Origin: Octopus bimaculoides
Lineage: Eukaryota
DNA: 36,013 nt
Direction: 5' to 3'
NCBI RefSeq assembly: GCF_001194135.2
Contig: NC_068988.1
Coordinates: forward strand, 69,161,750-69,197,762
Both the position numbers and the translations under genes were made by a program. How positions within the stretch are numbered: the first letter of the stretch is position 1; each line of letters begins with the position of its first letter. A model generated the notes under the pieces. The model was not told the origin of the DNA, searched no databases, and worked only from the letters and a program-made list of their open reading frames with translations. Positions 33,553 through 36,013 of the stretch are shown here, one piece after another.

Positions 33553-33890
33553 CATCATCATCATCATCGTCGTCGTTTAATTTCCGCTTTCCATGCTAGC
33601 ATGGGTTGGACGATTTGACTGAGGACTGGTAGACCAGGATGCGACACCAGGCTCCAATCTGATTTGGCAGAGTTTCTACAGCTGGATGCCCTTCCTAACG
33701 CCAACCACTGAGAGAGTGTAGTGGGTGCTTTTACATGCCACCGGCACGAGGGCCAGTCAGGCGGGTACTGGCAACAGCCACACTCGAAATGGTGTATTTT
33801 ACATGCCACCTGCACAAGGGCCAGTCCAGGGGCACTGGCAACGATCTCGCTCGGATGTCTTACTGGCAAAGGCCACACTCGAAATGATCT
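33553..33890 (-). mobile_element. SINE-like family B copy with internal 68-bp tandem units
   Basis: (CAT)n CGTTTAATTTCCGCTTTCCATGCTAGCATGGGTTGGACG...CAGCTGGATGCCCTTCCTAACGCCAACC. TTTTACATGCCACC units start at 33729 and 33797. Confidence 0.9.
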
Positions 33891-34514
33891 ATTAATTTCA
33901 TCCTTAATCATTTTTGTCATTCATATGCTGTTTAACAAGATTTGATTAGCTTTAGCAGTTGTCAAACTATGAACTATTTATTATTTATATAAATTGCATA
34001 CCATATCCTAATGATTTCATTCTATTATTATTTTAAATGTTTAACAGTACACATAATTACTCAGTATACATTCTTTAATAAGGCAATATATACAATTAAA
34101 ATATGAACTATATATTAAGAAATGTTTAAAATGCTGATTTATTTCCAGTGATTTTCTTTTTCAAAAAATGATACCTTGTTTTAAATCTAAGAAAAATATT
34201 TTCCTAAAGTAGATGATAAAACTCACGTTAAATTAAATTACAAAGGCAGGGTTGGAAAATTATTAAATTTGAAAATTTTAAATTAATCTTAATTTTCTCG
34301 ATTCTGCAAATATTTTGACTATATCAAAGATATTAATCAATAGTCATTGTTTTAATTATCAGTCAGAAAGTTCTATTCATTATAATTGGTAGATATTTTA
34401 TTCAAGTATTTAATTATCCTATCATTTATTCTGAGGATCAGAAACCCTCAAGCCTTTTAAAGCTTCTTGCCATGGAATTCCCAAATGGGTAAAGTGCATA
34501 GTATGGAATGTGGT

Positions 34515-34523
34515 GTAGTAGTG

Positions 34524-34575
<52 letters not shown>

Positions 34576-34597
34576 CAGCAGCAGCAGCAGTTGTAGT
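34515..34597. repeat. Compound trinucleotide repeat (CAG)6(TAG)11(CAG)5
   Basis: Counted directly over 34525-34590. Confidence 0.97.
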
Positions 34598-35762
34598 TGT
34601 AAATATTTAGCCTTAGATCAGCCCATAGCAGGTAAATGTTTAAGGAAAGGCATTCCAACTGAAACCATTCTGTCTTTTACAGAGGTTATAAGACAAAGTT
34701 ATATGTCATCCCTTGTTTCTTAAGATACTGAGGGATGACAGTAATTAGTGATGGTAATGAGTGATAATAATAAGTGGAGATGGTGGTAATGAGATCCTAT
34801 TGAGTTCTCTTTTATGCAGCTTTGATTCTCAGTAGTGTAATTTCTCTCACACCTTTGATCAACAATTTTCCAACCCAAGAAGAATGCTTCTGCAATGTTA
34901 ATCTATTTGCTATAAACAGCATTTAAACCTCATATCACATTTAACTGAAGCAGAATGAGTTTGAGAAGAAAAGATGTGGTGGTCAGGACTGGAATATCTT
35001 TGACCTAGGTCTGCTTGATCATGGTTGACAAAACAACAACATCAGCGGCACCCTGCAAACTTGAGTCATATTTGATTAGAGAGATAGAAATAAGTCATGT
35101 GCAACCAAACATATGAAGATGAAACTTTTGGTGAGTGACAATAAAATCTCCTTTCTTTTAAATGTCATCATGTTAGTTAACATTTTATCTCCAAATCATT
35201 CATAGAAGAATGTAAAATGTTCAAAATGCTAAGCTATTATAAATGCAGCTACTTGTTTGGTCACCAGTTAATGGTACATCATGAACATTTTGGGGAATCT
35301 TAATTCTGCCAGCTTAATATCTTTTATTTACTTAAAATCTCCTTATCTGCTATTGGCTGGAAAATTATTCCTTTGACCTTCACAGAATGTCACTTGTGAT
35401 AAATTAGAGTTCTATCCAAGAAGACATTTGCTTCTCATCTCTTTATCATTTCCTTCAAAATACAATCTCTATGAAACCTACTGGTGTTTACAGAAGAAAA
35501 AATAAACATTAATTTGAAATTATTAAAATATCCAAGATTGCAAAGTGTGCAAAGTAAAGCTGAATGGTTAAATACGAATTCTTAGCAGCTCCATTTCACA
35601 CATAGTTTGGCAATTAAATAATTTGATAAATGCTTGGTGACAAATGCCTGCAGAGAATGCTGATATATATAATTTGATCTTTTGGTGTTACCACTTTCAG
35701 AATTTCTTGAAACTATTATCATCAAACTGTCATACATATTACTGACATTCACACTTACTCAC

Positions 35763-35891
35763 ACAAATGCATTCATAGTTTTCAGATGTTTAATTGCATT
35801 ATATTGATAGAAAGCAGACACCACATATTCATACAATGTAAAGGTCATCCGCACTAAAACAATAGAATCCAATGCCATTAGATATGATAAT
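35763..35891 (-). CDS. Candidate internal coding exon (129 nt, phase 2-2) of an unidentified host gene
   Basis: Acceptor TATTTTACCATCTCAG, donor GTGAGT. Open frame LSYLMALDSIVLVRMTFTLYEYVVSAFYQYNAIKHLKTMNAF. Length is a multiple of 3 and the sequence is non-repetitive. Confidence 0.55.
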
Positions 35892-35982
35892 CTGAGATGG
35901 TAAAATATTAAGGCTAAAACAAGTTAACAAAAGGAAAAGGTCTAATATGTGGAACAGAAACATTGGTTAGACAGAGGTGAGC

Positions 35983-35986
<4 letters not shown>

Positions 35987-36013
<27 letters not shown>
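35987..36013. repeat. (TA)n microsatellite running off the window end
   Basis: Direct reading. Confidence 0.97.

Noticed and set aside
33564-33945. 118-aa and 74-aa GC-richer ORFs
   Set aside because: They lie within the family B SINE, and the same spurious peptides recur at 24519-24758.
34422-34723. Poly-Ser and poly-Tyr/Cys ORFs
   Set aside because: Artefacts of (CAG)6(TAG)11(CAG)5.
1-36013. CRISPR array, rRNA, operon-like or prokaryotic defence systems
   Set aside because: No regularly spaced direct repeats with unique spacers, no rRNA-like sequence and no dense long ORFs. The sequence is eukaryotic repeat-rich DNA.

Overview
AT-rich, microsatellite-dense eukaryotic DNA that is almost entirely repeat-derived. 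The SINE families and repeat landscape point to a coleoid cephalopod, most likely Octopus (inference). There is no prokaryotic gene structure, CRISPR or rRNA. Recognisable content: (1) three R4/Dong-type RLE non-LTR retrotransposon fragments stacked in (AAT)n at 1-2.3 kb; (2) decayed hAT (Buster/Charlie-like) and pogo/Tigger-like transposases; (3) an internally deleted Penelope-like element (RT start plus GIY-YIG); (4) a Chapaev3-type DNA transposon with both ends and a TTA target-site duplication (25637-27962); (5) two Tc1/mariner MITEs and a small CACTA-ended fold-back; (6) about 20 SINE copies or fragments from four to five families; (7) one good candidate host exon on the minus strand (35763-35891) of unknown gene. 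The most notable signal is a set of hammerhead-ribozyme (HHR) motifs. A 378-bp palindrome carries an HHR with intact core nucleotides on each arm, one per strand. A tRNA-like Pol III head is joined to an HHR-bearing tail. Several more decayed HHR motifs occur in unrelated repeats. All structures and alignments were done by hand, and family names rest on remembered motifs, not database searches.
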